DNA from: Azolla caroliniana
Lineage: Eukaryota > Plantae > Polypodiophyta
DNA: 64,000 bases
Assembly: GCA_043228905.1 (NCBI GenBank)
Contig: JBHGNT010000012.1
Span: 21,266,001-21,330,000, forward strand
Direction of reading: 5' to 3'
Below the pieces are notes generated by a model that was not told where the DNA came from, searched no databases, and saw nothing but the letters and a program-made list of their open reading frames with translations. Shown here one piece after another: positions 24,426 through 38,061 of this stretch (position 1 is the first letter of the stretch; each line of letters begins with the position of its first letter). Position numbers and translations under genes: made by a program.

Positions 24426-26369
24426 TTTTTTTTGTCTATGGAACTCCCTCCATTTCAAGAGTAGCTATCTTGTTTAAAGGTTAGTACTTATTACACATGT
24501 TTTTACCTTGTTTAAAGGTTAATACTTATTACACGTGTTTTTTACCTTTAGAGATACCGATTGTCTAAGATTTGGAAAACTTGATTTTTTCTCAAATAAT
24601 CACACTCGTGGCAATTGAATAGTTATGTGCTTTGCCACGTTTGTTATCTCTCAAAGTGTTGAGATGCCCATGCAATCTGGCGAAATAAAGTTCATTTTAT
24701 TGTGCTACAATTTGCAGCCTTTCCTATTTAAATATATCTTCTTTCTTCTTTATTCGCTCCCTTTTCGCTACCACAGGGGAGTCTTCTTTCTTTCATTCAT
24801 AATGCTCGAAAATCGTGGAACGTGGTCGTACCTCGCACCAATGTTTAAATATAGTACAATGCATTGATGGGAAGTTATCAAATAGTATCGCAATTTTCCA
24901 TTGATGAAATAGAGAGTACAACTACTTTCTTTAAATTGTTGTTTAATATTTTGCAAAGCCATTACTTCACAACGATAAATTTTCGGATCGAGACTTACAT
25001 GTGGGCTAACTAATTAATGAACAACCAATCATTACACTAACCATATTACTAATTATGATTTCCCTTTGTTAATCATTGCATTAGCCAGAAATGCAAATTA
25101 TGATATCACTATCCTTGTGTTAAGGGTAATGACAATTATCATGATCGAATTGCTTTAACCATGTTGTGATGTCTTTTGCAATTCACATTATTGCATTTAA
25201 TTATTTATTACTTAGTGCATTTAAGTACATCTCTCTCAATGAGTGATCAATTCTGTGGAATAGTGATTTTCTAGAGTTATTAGAATTTAGAATTATGATC
25301 GTAAGCCACTTAGGTATACCATTTTAAGGGGCACATTACTTAATTTTGATAATTTAGACAACGGCTACAAGTACATTTGTAAAACTTTAGAGCAAATAAG
25401 GGGATGCAAAGTTAGATCGTTGACACAAAGTAAAAAACTGGAGAAAACAAATATGAATGCATCATTACCAACACAAACTTACAAGAGAGGGGTGACACAC
25501 ACTTAAGTTGACTACCCCTTGTCAACCACCACTATGCCCGTATGTTCCTTTTTGCTTTATACATTTGTATAAAGATATAATCTCGTAGACATTTATTTAC
25601 ATCCGTCTCCATAGTGTGGATTTCGTATGCCTTGTTTCAATCCCGTGAGTCATTTAACCTTCAATGGCATCTTAGATGATGGAAGAACTTACACTATCAA
25701 GGGCAAAGACAAAAACAATACTAAATTTTGAAAAGTGAATAAGGAAACTTATAGATAAGACGAATGAGATATACACGGCTATGTCGAAGATTGACATTGA
25801 AGTGAAAGTGTTTGAAAACATGGAGATCTTCCTTGTATGCAATACTTTACTCCTACATCCCAATTACAAATAAGAACCAATTGATTTTCTTTGAATAATC
25901 TTTAAAAAAACATGGAAACTCAACCCATCACCAATTTATTTGCGACCAATGAGACCAAAGCAAAGGCCTTCATTCTATTTGTTGGTGCAACTTGGTGAAT
26001 CTAACCAACCTTAACTTCCATACATATGGAGAAGAGGAAAAGGGTGTAACTTTTCATAGACAATCTGGGCGATACACATAATATTACTAGATGTTGTCAA
26101 CTCGCAAATGTGAATGCATATTCATCGAATGACATGCTTAGATGAATGACAAGAGGCGATCATGTATGCACTGTTAGGTGCAAAGCATGCATGTGTTCAA
26201 TTGTGTTATATAAGTATTTGCTCTAGTCATTGATGAATCATTACGGTTTGACTCCTCAACAACAAGGTTTCGCTTATGTAGTCATAGTGTTTTTGGCATC
26301 AACATATAAACAACAATTATTACTACTATTTCAAGGGATTAGTAGACCCATCATCGGATCCTTTGGGTT

Positions 26370-28050
26370 GTCACGAGAACTTGCAAGTGTCAAGGTTGTT
26401 GCCAAGAACAAGATCAATTTGAAGAAGAGAACGAGAGAGAAACAAGAGGAGATCGGCAATATGCTAACAATAAGAACAAGTGTTACATGAATATATTGAA
26501 GACTAGTGTTGAATCATGATGGCTCATCAATACTTAAAGACATGCTTAAATAGCATGGTTTGGACACATGAACACTTGCCACCTTGCATGCATGCATGAT
26601 TACTTGGTAATCATGCAAGTATTTCATTTTAAATTCATGCTAGCATGAAAATTGGTGATCATGCATTAGTGTTAAGAATTAGGTAAGTAATTAAGCAAGG
26701 GTTAATAAGCACCTAATTATGTGATTAAGTTAAGCGCGAAAGATTATGTGATATGTGTGTGAGAGGAAGAGAGAGAGAGAGGACGTTAACACTTATGAAC
26801 AACACAAGATGGGGGATGATTAACTCTATATTAAATTAGCATTATCATCATCAAATACAAAAATACCTACAATGAGGTATATATAGATTTCATGTGTAAG
26901 GGTGCACATGTGTGAGGATAATATAGGTACAAAAGTGTAAGTCCTATATTAAATGTACTTAGGAGTGGAGGATCTAGAATATCCCACTTAAGTACAAGGT
27001 CTTATTTAAGGCATTATAGTTAGCACTTCTAACTAGATTCTATTTAGGTAACTATGAAGTTACATGGTTGATTAAATAACTAACTCTAGTTGAGCTTGAT
27101 CTCTCAATAATTAGCCTACGCAAGATTGAATTATATAAATATTTTAATTGATCTAATGAAAATTAAATGTAGTGTAATGTGATTTATCTTAATGGTTAAG
27201 GTTACAAATTTTCTTTGCGTTTAAATCTTTAGAGTTTTATAACATTATGGTCATAACAATGATTAACTCTCGCCTTTGATAATGAGTTGCATGAGTCACA
27301 ATGCACAAACTATGGTTTGGCTAATTATGGATATCAATGATAAAGTTCAACTATGAGTTTTGTAGCATAACTGACATTTCTCAATAGGCTCCCATATTCG
27401 ATCCACATGCGTATAACCTAACAGATCAAGAAAAAGTTAATTTGTTCTGTACAAATTTGGAGTCCAAAATGGTTTCTACCTCATATGTTGAAACTTAATC
27501 AAGCTCAATAGGAGTGGGGGAATAACATGATTTGGAATAGAGTTCAACGCGTAAGGTTCCAAAAGTGTTACATGGAACACTAGATGAAGATGTGCATGAT
27601 GGGGAGATTGAGACAAAAAGAATTATCATTGATTTAGTCAAAGATTTCATATGGACCAAGACATTGATAATCCAACTTCGTGCAAGGCATAATGGTCTTT
27701 ACATTATCTTGTAAGAGCCATAAGTGATTTCCAACTCGAAGCTTGGGTTCTTTGAGGGATGAGTTAAGACAATGAAAATATACAAATTTCTTATGTTTGG
27801 CTTGAGGCATTATGTAAATGGCGAGAAATAGTAACATGGATCTCTTGGTGTCGATGTAAACAATCCTCTATATCAAGATTTTTTGAGTTTCTGGATGCTC
27901 AAGCATTGTCCAATAGGTATGAACACTTGTGTGGGCAAAGAAGGAAGTAAATTTGGTAAACAAATGAATTGACTTATTTTAAGCGACCTCCACAAAACAA
28001 GAATAGTCAACCCAATATATATTCAAATATTTTCCTCAATAGTATTAAGA
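26370..28050 (-). mobile_element. Highly decayed chromovirus remnant (possible LTR at about 26370-27375 plus integrase C-terminus/chromodomain)
   Basis: KLRVGNHLWLLQDNVKTIMPCTKLDYQCLGPYEI resembles [31 protein letters not shown] of the 7902 element. The LTR boundary (TGTCA..TGACA) is tentative. Confidence 0.6.
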
Positions 28051-28089
28051 AAAAATGCATGAAGGCTACAACTTGGACTTGTCTACCCA

Positions 28090-29760
28090 AAAGCTTACAA
28101 CTTTTTATGTACAATGATGTACAATAATCCTAAGACCAAATATAGGACTTTGTAGAAGGTGTTAGAATTTGTTGATGTACACTGCCATGATTTACTGATA
28201 TTCAGGAAAGGGTCTATGGAAGTCGATAGTGCCATTGAGGCCCTTGAGTTGACTCTGTAAACAGGGGCAACTTTTTCCATAAGTGAAGAAGCTTATTCCT
28301 CCTCTTGTTCACAGTCTATGGGGAACCATGCATATTGTCATACTGGCCACAGACTACTGCCAACAAGTTCTCCCATATCTCAAGGAGGACATCTAAGAGA
28401 CGAAGATCTATCGCATCATAAAGTTGGTTACATTGACATTTCCATAATGCCCATAACGTTGTAGTCACTGTTTTCCAAACTTGGACAGATTGCACCTGGT
28501 TTCGAGGTTGCTGAAAGGGGCTAACTGATATCAATATTCTATTATGTATCCCCATTGCCTCTTGAACATCATCTACCTCATACAACATCAAGTTGGAATG
28601 TAACACTCCACACATTGCTGATCCCCATGAAAATAGGCAATCAACATTGATTGTTAAGAATAACAAAAGGACTTTATTCCATACTTGTTGAGCGAAAGGA
28701 CAAGACTAGAGGACATGCTTGGCAGTCTCTTGAGCTTCATGGCAAAAGCCACATTGTTGAAGTTGGGTGCTACATTCCCTTTCAATGAATGACCAACTGG
28801 TAGTGCCATATGCACTAATAGCCATTTGAAGAGAATAAATTTATTTGGCCCCTTAAATGACCAAATCCATCTCAGTAGGTTTGCAAAGTTGAGACACCCC
28901 AGGTGGTCCAATGTTTCTGAGCTGTTGGTATTGTTACATTTCGAGAGAGCATCAATGATATTCCAAGTTTTACTGAGTACTGAAAGAAGTTTTACTGAGT
29001 CGTTCCCCCAAGGAATGTGACCAAAACCAAGCCCCTGGATCTCATGTTAATCTTGCAATAGGGTCTTTTGCGTATAACCACAACATATCACACATATGAT
29101 CAATTGAAGGATAAGGATCAAGCATCCATTTCTTTCCAGTTTTAGCAACCACTCTAATTGGTGCAATTCGCAAGTGTTGTAGATAATGGCAATCAAAGGT
29201 ATAAGGTTGCAATCTATGGTTGTCTAGGACCTAAAAATAAGAAGTGCACCCATTAGGTGAAACACCCGTGGCATCCATAAATGTTTCATTTATGAAGCAT
29301 CCAAAGCACATATGATTCTGCCTGGGTTGGAAGGTTGTAGAGAACGAAGAATATGCTTCTGATATGCTAGCAATCATTATCTTGGTGCCATGAATAGATT
29401 GTAAATGTGCAAGACGATCTTCTTGTGGCATTTGTTGAAATTAAGTCCAAGTTCTTACAGATGCAGCTGGCCAATTATCCAATTTACCCCATGCAAGGCG
29501 AGTAGTCAACCCAATATTCATGTTGATAGTTGATGGAACAACGAAGATATTGTTCCAATGTTTGATTGGTACATTTGGGTTGACCATTAGTCTCTGGATG
29601 ATAGCTTGAATAGAGTTTACAATTAATAGAGGGGGCAAAAAAGTGTTTCCAAAATTTCGAGATGAGTTATGGGCCTCAATCACTAACAATTTTATTATGG
29701 AGTCCATGATGTCGGAATACTTCACGCATAACTAGATATGACCTCTTGAAAATTAATGGC
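28090..29760 (-). mobile_element. Degenerate L1-type LINE ORF2 C-terminal fragment
   Basis: WIWSFKGPNKFILFKWLLVHMALPVG (zf-RVT) and TLWALWKCQCNQLYD (the LWxIWKxRN motif). Many stops. Confidence 0.75.
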
Positions 29761-30062
29761 CTTTGTACATGGACAAGAATGTGTTATCTTAGTGAATCCA
29801 CAACAGTAAGATTGATGTTAAAATCTTTGAAATATAAATAGAGAGACTTTATATCATTAAGAATTGGTAAGGGTTGGAGTACTCCATATGGTGGGTGTCG
29901 ACGACATTTAGACTAGTAACATGCATCACAACTATGAATATAATCCTCATAATCACACCCATGAAATGAAAGCAATGCTTGTCTTGTGGTAGTTCAATTT
30001 TCATGAGAACTTATTGTTTCTCACTTGCTTGTTTAGTTATTACACCAACTTCGAAGTGGAAA

Positions 30063-31390
30063 TGTTAGACCTTAGCTACTAATGTAAGCACATGATAAGG
30101 ATAAAAGATAGATAAACAAGAAAGGAGAGAGAGGAAGAAGGGTGATGATCCACCCGACCACCCCCGTGCGAAGGGATCGATACATACTCGAGCCTCGATC
30201 GGCGTCCCATACCACCGTCGTGGCGTCGAGTCATACCTGGTGTTGGCGCGCTCGCTACAAGAGTTGACCCACCAGTAGTGGCTAAGCCTCACATTTATAG
30301 CCAGATCTAAGGCCCCCATGCAAGTTCACACTACGCCTAATGGGTGTCTCAATCTTGAGGATTAAAAGTAATCCTCCCCATCTTTACACTTTTGTTTAAC
30401 CCTCACACTTTATCCATATGTATAGAATACTACGGTAATTTCTCACCACGAGATATTATATGGTCATGCCCGTAACATACTCCCCCTCTTTAAAACATTG
30501 CACTCTTGCAATGGAAAGTTAGGGAAGTTAGTTCTAAGAGTATTTTCACGTTCCCATGTGGCATCTTTTATAGAATTATCCATCCATTTAATTTTAAATT
30601 CTCTGATTATTTTAGAATGCAATTTTTTTGTTTTAACATCGAGAATTCTTTCTAGTACATGTGGTTTAGAAGATAATTCTTTAGAAATAACCAGAGTTTC
30701 AGTTATCACTGTATTGTCACCAGAACCAAGAAGTTCTTTTAGACGACTTACATGAAAAACTAGATGGATTTCAACGCCATCAGGAAGAGCGAGACGATAG
30801 GTTGATGAACCAATGCGTTTGATGACTATAAAAGGTTCACAAAACCGTGGGGCTAACATAACGCACTTACCCGTAGACAATGACTTAGAATTGTGAGGTA
30901 CATGTAAAAATACCTTCTATCGAGTGTTGAATACACGAGGTTGACTATTATGATTGGCATAAAAACGTGCTCTACCTTGAGTTGTGTTTATATTATCTCG
31001 TGCAATATGCAACATATCTTGCATATCCCGAAGAAAATTTTGCGTACTTCGCAACTCATCATGATGTATATTAACATCAATCGGGGCTTGTGGCTGAAAA
31101 CCATACATCAACATAAAAGGTTTATATCCCGTCGATGTATGTTTGGAGCTATTATAAGCAAACTCCAAATTTGGGAGATAACGTTCCCATTTTGTTGGTT
31201 TTGTACCAACATATGCACGGGGCATGTCCTCAATAATTTGATTTACTCGTTCTATCTGTCCATTGGATTGAGGATGATTCGTGGAGCTCATGCTCAATGT
31301 AGTTTCTAACTTCTTAAAGACTTGCGTCCGAAAGTCGCTAGTAAAATTTGGATCTCGATCACTCATGATATCCATCGGTAACCCATAAGC
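30063..31390 (-). mobile_element. 3' part of a second chromovirus family (integrase, chromodomain, PPT, 3' LTR at about 30063-30477)
   Basis: YGLPMDIMSDRDPNF..HPQSNGQIERVNQ, LAPRFCEPF..VFHVSRLK, chromodomain ERILDVK..KIKW..ATWE. PPT GAGGGGGAGTA is followed by the LTR start TGTTACGGGC at 30477. The far LTR end is tentative. Confidence 0.85.
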
Positions 31391-32688
31391 ACCGAAGATA
31401 CTGCTCCAACGTTTGATTTGTTCATTCTGCTTGGATGTTTGTTTGCGGGTGGTAGCTGGAGGAGAGGTTACAAGTGACCTTGAGCATTTTAAAGAGGTGC
31501 TTCTAGAATTTCGAGACGAACTGGGGTTCATGGTTGTTGATGATACTATTGGGAAGGCCATGATGCCGACATACTTCACGCATGACAATTTCAGCGGTTT
31601 CCTCACTGGAGATTTCCTTAGTACATGGTAGGAAATAGGCCATCTTCGTATATCGATCTGCTACTGTTAAGATCTCATCGAATCCCTTAGAGACCAGAAG
31701 ATCTGTGATGAAATCTAGAGCAATGGATTGCCACGACTTGCTTGGAATTGGTAATGGTTCTAATAAACCATATGGATGATGCCTTGGCATTTTTGCTCTG
31801 CAACATGTATCACAAGTCCGAACAAAATCTTCGACAAATTGTCACATATGGGGCCACTAGAATGATCGTTGTACTAAATCTAATGTTTTAGTATTACCAA
31901 AATGCCCAGTTGTATATGTGTCATGACAATTTTGGACTACTCGAAGGCGAGAAGAACCATTAGGAACATACAAGAGTTTCTTAAAGAATAGTAATCCATC
32001 ATGACTTTCGAATTGTCGATAGTCCATACTTGGTTGTTGCAACTCTGAACAACATGCTCGACAGGGATCAATTTGTGCTAGAATGGCTTGGGCGAAAGTA
32101 TCTGTCTTCAAGTCCTCACGTATGGTATCAATAACGTGGGAATCCAAGGGCATACCGAAGACCTGCACTGCTTGTAGTTGTGCCAGTCCCAGGATTACTT
32201 GCTTTTGGTTATCGAAAGCTAGCTCGCCAGGCCGCGGTGCTAGATATGAGCGCCATGATAATGCATCTGCCTTCCCTTGTTGCTTCTCTAGATGATATGT
32301 AATTTTGAAGTCAAAACGAGTGAGGAATTGGGCCCACCAAGCTTGACGTTGATTTAACACACGAGCATTCTGAAAGTAGGCAAGGTTTTTGTGATCACTG
32401 AATACGGTGACTTGATGAGAAGATCCCTCTATAAAATGCCTCCATTGGGTAAAAGAGTCCACTATTGCTAATAGCTCCTTATCATGAATTTCATAGTTGA
32501 TTTCGGTGGCGTCAAACTTGTGTGAGTGGAAAGCCGCAGATGTAGCTTTTCATCATCGCCTTGTTGTGACAGAATGCTACCGAAGGCGAAATCCGATGCG
32601 TCTGATTCAATGATGAATGGTTTTTCCGGATCAACATGAGCTAGAATAGGAGCTGATGTAAATGCCTTCTTAAGACTCTCAAAAGCCA
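31390..32688 (-). mobile_element. Tcn1-like chromovirus RNase H/integrase fragment (left half of the element that hosts the nest)
   Basis: [75 protein letters not shown]. Confidence 0.88.
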
Positions 32689-35600
32689 TGTTAACGATTT
32701 TTAAGCCTTACCACTATACTAGCATATTATAAAATTTAAAGTTATACTAAACTTTATCTCGTGTAAATATTCTAGATATGCATGATACAAAAAGTTATTC
32801 ATGCATACACACTCGAGTTAAAAGAAAAGATGGGATGGAAAGCTAATCATGCACATGCAGTGTGCATGAAAACTAAAGTTAGGAAAAGCATGATGCTTGC
32901 ATGTGATAAACTTAGACTCTTCCAACACTATATAAGGAAGAGAGAAAGATGTACAGGGGTTGTTGATTTTTTTTTAGAAGGATTGATTAATACAACATAT
33001 TCGTGGGATTCACGATTTTACCATCTAATTCTCTCTTACAATCTAATTACCCATTAATACATTATACTCGTGGAATTCAGGAGTTTCATATCTTCTTCTT
33101 ACAATCTCTTCCTAACTAACATTATCTCATATTCTTCTTTCTCCTAGTCCAAAACCCTAGTGGTTCCCACCCGACTCATACAAACGATCTGGCGCCAAAA
33201 GGCATGGCACAAGTGGTGAACCCGACGTGAACACGGGTGGCAAGGAGATGGAAAATCAACCAGAGGCTAACTGTTGGGATTTCGGTCCCTTTCGGATGGG
33301 ATGGTCGGATATTGGAGATGAATGCCGACAAGCCCGGTTTCGGTTTCGGATCCGGATGACGAAGACCCCGGCTTCGGTGCCGGATGAAGAATGTACCCGG
33401 AGAGCGATCCGGATGCAGGAACATATCCGTGAATATGTTCGCTATGGGCCCCTGAGGCTATAGTTGTAAATAGCCCAAAGTCATATAAGTATAAATATGA
33501 CTTAGGGCAAACAGTTTTACTGTTGCTTCTCATTTTTCTGTTTTCCCATTCAAGAGGAGTGAAGTGTGAGCAGCCGTGAGAGAGAGAGAGAGAGAGATAG
33601 AGCGCGAGAGAGGAAGAGGTAGACGCCTCTGTGTATTTCCGCCGCCTGTGGCGAGGACAGCGAGCTCAAGGTCGTCGCCTTGTAGCTCGCCATTGTATAC
33701 TTCTCTGTATAGTGTTGATTTGGAGTCTTGTACTCCCGTGGTTTTTCCCGTCCAGGGTTTTCCACGTTAATCACTGTGTACCCGCGTTTTGTTTCTCCGT
33801 GTGGTTCCCATTTTCTGCACCATCGATTCGCGCTTACTCGGTTGTGGCCGAGCGAAGAAGGTGAATGTAAGCGTCTATTCCCAACAAACTGGTATCAGAG
33901 CGAACTGCTGCAGAAAATGGAAGGCGGCGGCAGCGGGCAGCCGGGGATGATGGTGCTGAATGCGCTGAATTACGCCGACTGGAAGATCAAGATGGAGGAT
34001 CTTCTGATTGTTCGGGACCTGTACGAACCGATTGACAGGTCGGAAATACCGAAGGGGGTACTTGAGTCGGAGTGGAAGCTCCTGAACCGGAAAGCCGTAG
34101 CGACGATCCGACAATATGTCGATGTAAGCGTCCTACAACATGTGGCGAACGACACCAATGCATATGAGATGTGGAAGAAGCTGTCGGGCCTCTACGAGAG
34201 GAAGAATGCGTTGAACCGGACTTCCCTGATGAGGAAGATAGTGAATCTCAAGTACCGGGACGGCGAGAGTATGGTGGAACACGTAAGCACGTTCATGGGA
34301 TTCGTGAATCAGCTTGCGGCGATCAAGTTCCCGTTGGAGGATGCAATGCAAGCCATCATCCTGATGTGCACATTGCCGGATAGCTGGGAGAACTTGGTGG
34401 TGACTCTCAGCACCTCCTGCACCGAAGATAACTTGTCCTTACAAACGGTAAAGACAAGAATTTTGAACGAAGAAGCGCGTCGGAGAGATAAAGAACCGGC
34501 CTCCGACTCGAAGGCGCTGCTTACCGAATCGGATCGGGGAAGACAATGGAACCGGAGTCCGCAAAGACGAGAGAAGTCGGGGACCCGGTCGCAGTCAAGA
34601 GGAAGGCCCACATGCTTCCACTGTGGGAAGCCGGGGCACTTCCGAAAGAATTGTCGGCATTACCGAAAAGACAACGGAGCCGACGACACCGATTCGAAGA
34701 AGTCACCGGAGAGAAACGGTGCATACCGGGGAGCCACGGACCGGAGAGGTTCGGATCGGCGAGGGCAGGACCGGAAAGGAACAACGGCACTCGCGGCAAG
34801 TGAGGAAGAAATCATGCTCATCACCGAAGAAGGTGAACTAAACATTGCCGGCGATGAGACGACCTGGGTGGTCGATTCCGGAGCATCGTTCCACCTGACC
34901 CCGGAGAGAAGATACTTCTCATCCTACACAGCCGGCGAGCATGGCTGTGTTCGGATGGGAAACGAAGGTACGTGCCGAATTGCCGGCATAGGAGACGTGT
35001 GGTTGACAACCCCGACCGGATGCAAAATGCTGCTGAAGAATGTCCGACACGTTCCGGAGGTCCGACTGAACCTGATTTCGGCCGGGAGGCTAGATGATGA
35101 AGGCTACACAGGTAGCATCCGGAACGGCGTAATGAAGTTCAGCAAGGGGAGCCTGATAGTGGCTCGGGCCCGGAAAGACAACACTCTGTACCTGATGAAT
35201 GCCCGGTTATGTCCGGAAGAGCTGAATGTGGCAGCCGACACTGCCGGTGAGCTGTGGCACAAAAGACTGTGCCACATGAGTGAGAAGGGGATGAAGAGGC
35301 TTGCAGAAGACAACCTTATCCCAGTGAAGCATGTGCACCTGGAGAAGTGCACCGATTGCCTGGCCGGTAAACAGAACCGAACCTCCTTCCACTCAAGGCC
35401 ACCGACGAGACGCAGTGCACCATTGGAGTTGGTGCACACGGATGTGTGTCAAGTAGAAACGAAGTCACATGGCGGAGCCCAATACTTCGTGACATTCATT
35501 GATGACCACAGCCGGAAGCTGTGGACAGCACCGTTGAAGACAAAGGACCAAGTGTTGTGCGTCTTCAAAGAACTCCACGCGAGAGTGGAGAGAGAATCCG

Positions 35601-38061
35601 GCAAGAAGCTGAAAGCGATACGAGCGGATAACGGAGGGGAATACCGGGGGCAGTTCCAGGAGTACTGTCGCTCGAAGGGAATCCGACTCGAGTTTACTGT
35701 GCCGAAGACGCCGGAACTGAACGGGCTGGCCGAGAGGATGAACCGGACCATAATGGAGAGGGTCCGGAGTATGCTGGCACATGCGAAATTACCCAAGGGG
35801 TTTTGGGCTGAGGCAATGTCGACGGCGACATACGTGATAAACAGATCACCCTCAGTACCTTTGGACGGAGACACGCCACAGAAAGTGTGGACCGGTAAGG
35901 AAGTGTCCTACCGGCATCTGAAGGTGTTCGGGTGTCTCGCATACGTGCATGTGGCAAAGGACCGGAGAGGAAAGCTAGATCCAAAGACCCGGCCATGCAT
36001 ATTCCTTGGTTACGGCGACGACGAGTTCGGCTACCGAGTATGGGACCCGGTCGACAAGAAGATATTCAGGAGTCGAGACATCATCTTCATGGAGGACAAG
36101 ACACTCGCCGACTGGGAGTCGGAGAAGAAGATGAAGAGCTCCAAGTCGACCGGTGAGGATAAACTCTGTGAGGAGCAGTCCCGACCGGCAAGGGACCGGT
36201 TAGCACTCGAGGATCCGGCCGAAGATGGTGAAGAAACAGAACCGGCCGAAGAAGATGAAAATGATACCGGAACCGGCCCCGATCCCGAAATGGATTCGGA
36301 TGAAGAAGAAGAATCGGAAGAACCGGTTACCGAAGCTCCGGAACGGAGATATCCTCTAAGAGAGAGAAGGGCTCCCCGGAGATTTCCGGAACCAGAGCAC
36401 GTGCTGCTAACCGACGAGGGGAGCCGGAGAGCTTTGAAGAAGCAAAGCATGACACCCAGAGCCGCAGGTGGTTGAGTGCCATGCAGGAGGAGATGGATTC
36501 CCTGCATGAGAACCACACATATGAACTTGTGGAGTTGCCGAAAGGAAAGCGGGCACTTCGAAACAAGTGGGTGTTCAAGCTGAAACCGGGAGATGCCGGA
36601 AACCCCCCGAGATACAAAGCCAGGATCGTGGTGAAGGGGTTTCAGCAGAAGAAGGGCGTCGACTTCGACGAGATATTTGCCCCGGTAGTGAAGATGACCT
36701 CCATCCGGACGGTGCTGAGCATAGCGGCAAGCATGGACCTCGAGGTAGAACAGATGGACGTGAAGACGGCATTCCTTCACGGTGACCTCGAAGAAGAGAT
36801 CTACATGCAGCAACCGGAAGGATTCGAGATGAAAGGGAAGGAGCACTTGGTATGCCGGTTGAAGAAGAGCCTTTACGGACTGAAGCAGGCTCCCCGGCAA
36901 TGGTACCGGAAGTTCGACTCCTTCATGACCGACGAAGGGTACCTCAAAACGCAGTCCGACCACTGCGTGTTTGTGAAGAAATTCGAAGGAGGAGACTTTC
37001 TAATACTCCTCCTGTACGTGGACGACATGTTGATCGTCGGACGGAACCAGGTCAAGATACGGATGCTGAAGAAGGCTCTTCACCGAACCTTCTCAATGAA
37101 GGACCTGGGTCCGGCGAGGCAAATACTAGGGATGCACATCATCCGGGACCGGAAGAAGAAGCAGTTGTGGCTGTCACAGGAGAAGTACGTTGTAGAGATA
37201 TTACGCAAGTGCGTGTGGAATAGAGGCGGGACCGCGGGGGTCTCGAACCAAAGAGCAAGCGAGGGAGGAGAAAGAGAGAGAACCGGCTACGCAGGACCGG
37301 GGATACACAGGGACACGGCCCTTTAGCACGGAGAACGCGAACAGACACCGACACAGACGGATGCGAATGACTAAATATGTGTATTAACAAAAATGGCTAA
37401 CACGACTACAACCCCCGATGGGGCACAGGTTGGTTGCAACCGAACAGGCCGGCGAACAGATGCCGATGCCTGTTCGCTTCGACGCACAAACGGGGAAATG
37501 GGGGGGGGTAGCAGGTCGGAGGTGCTGCCGGAAGCACTCGGGCGTTCCTCGAAACAGCGCGAGCCTCCCCGGAACCCTGCACAGAAAGCTTTGGAGCTCA
37601 AGAAGGAAGGAAACAGAGAGAGCGAAGCGTCCAGAAACGGTCCGACAGCACTTCGTCCTCTCCGCGCCAGCTCCCTGCAACAGCTCTTTCCCGCTCCTTA
37701 TATAGGCCGACGAACAGGCCGTCGTGTCAGCTTTATTCCCTGTCCCTTTTGGACAGGGATCCGCTCCGTTTTTCACGGATCCGCGTAGTTACGCCGCCGA
37801 CTCGTACAGTTCGCGCGCGCGACCGAAAAGACTGTTCGCGCGGTCTTTGTCTCCACTTGAGTTAGGGCCCGTTCCTGCCGATTATCCTCTCAATTCGTTT
37901 CTATGTACAACTCGGAGCGTGCGCGCGTGAAGAACCGGTTCCCACGGCTTGGTGCGCCGATTCCGCCTATGGACGGTTTTCTTCACGACATCCGCCCCCA
38001 CCTAACCGCGCATCCTCCGGTATGCGCCAAGAGAGTTGGGACGGAGAAAACCGGCCCGTCT

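Noticed and set aside
32689-33209. TGTTAACG as the true start of the Gypsy-W1 LTR
   Set aside because: The 3' LTR starts at TGTCGT (60789) right after the PPT and pairs with ACGACA. The TG at 32689 is internal and was exposed by a deletion.
36031-36963. Long antisense ORFs over retroelement genes (310 aa here; also 40834-41538, 51247-52059, 57962-59035)
   Set aside because: They are shadow ORFs opposite GC-rich coding sequence, with no independent evidence.
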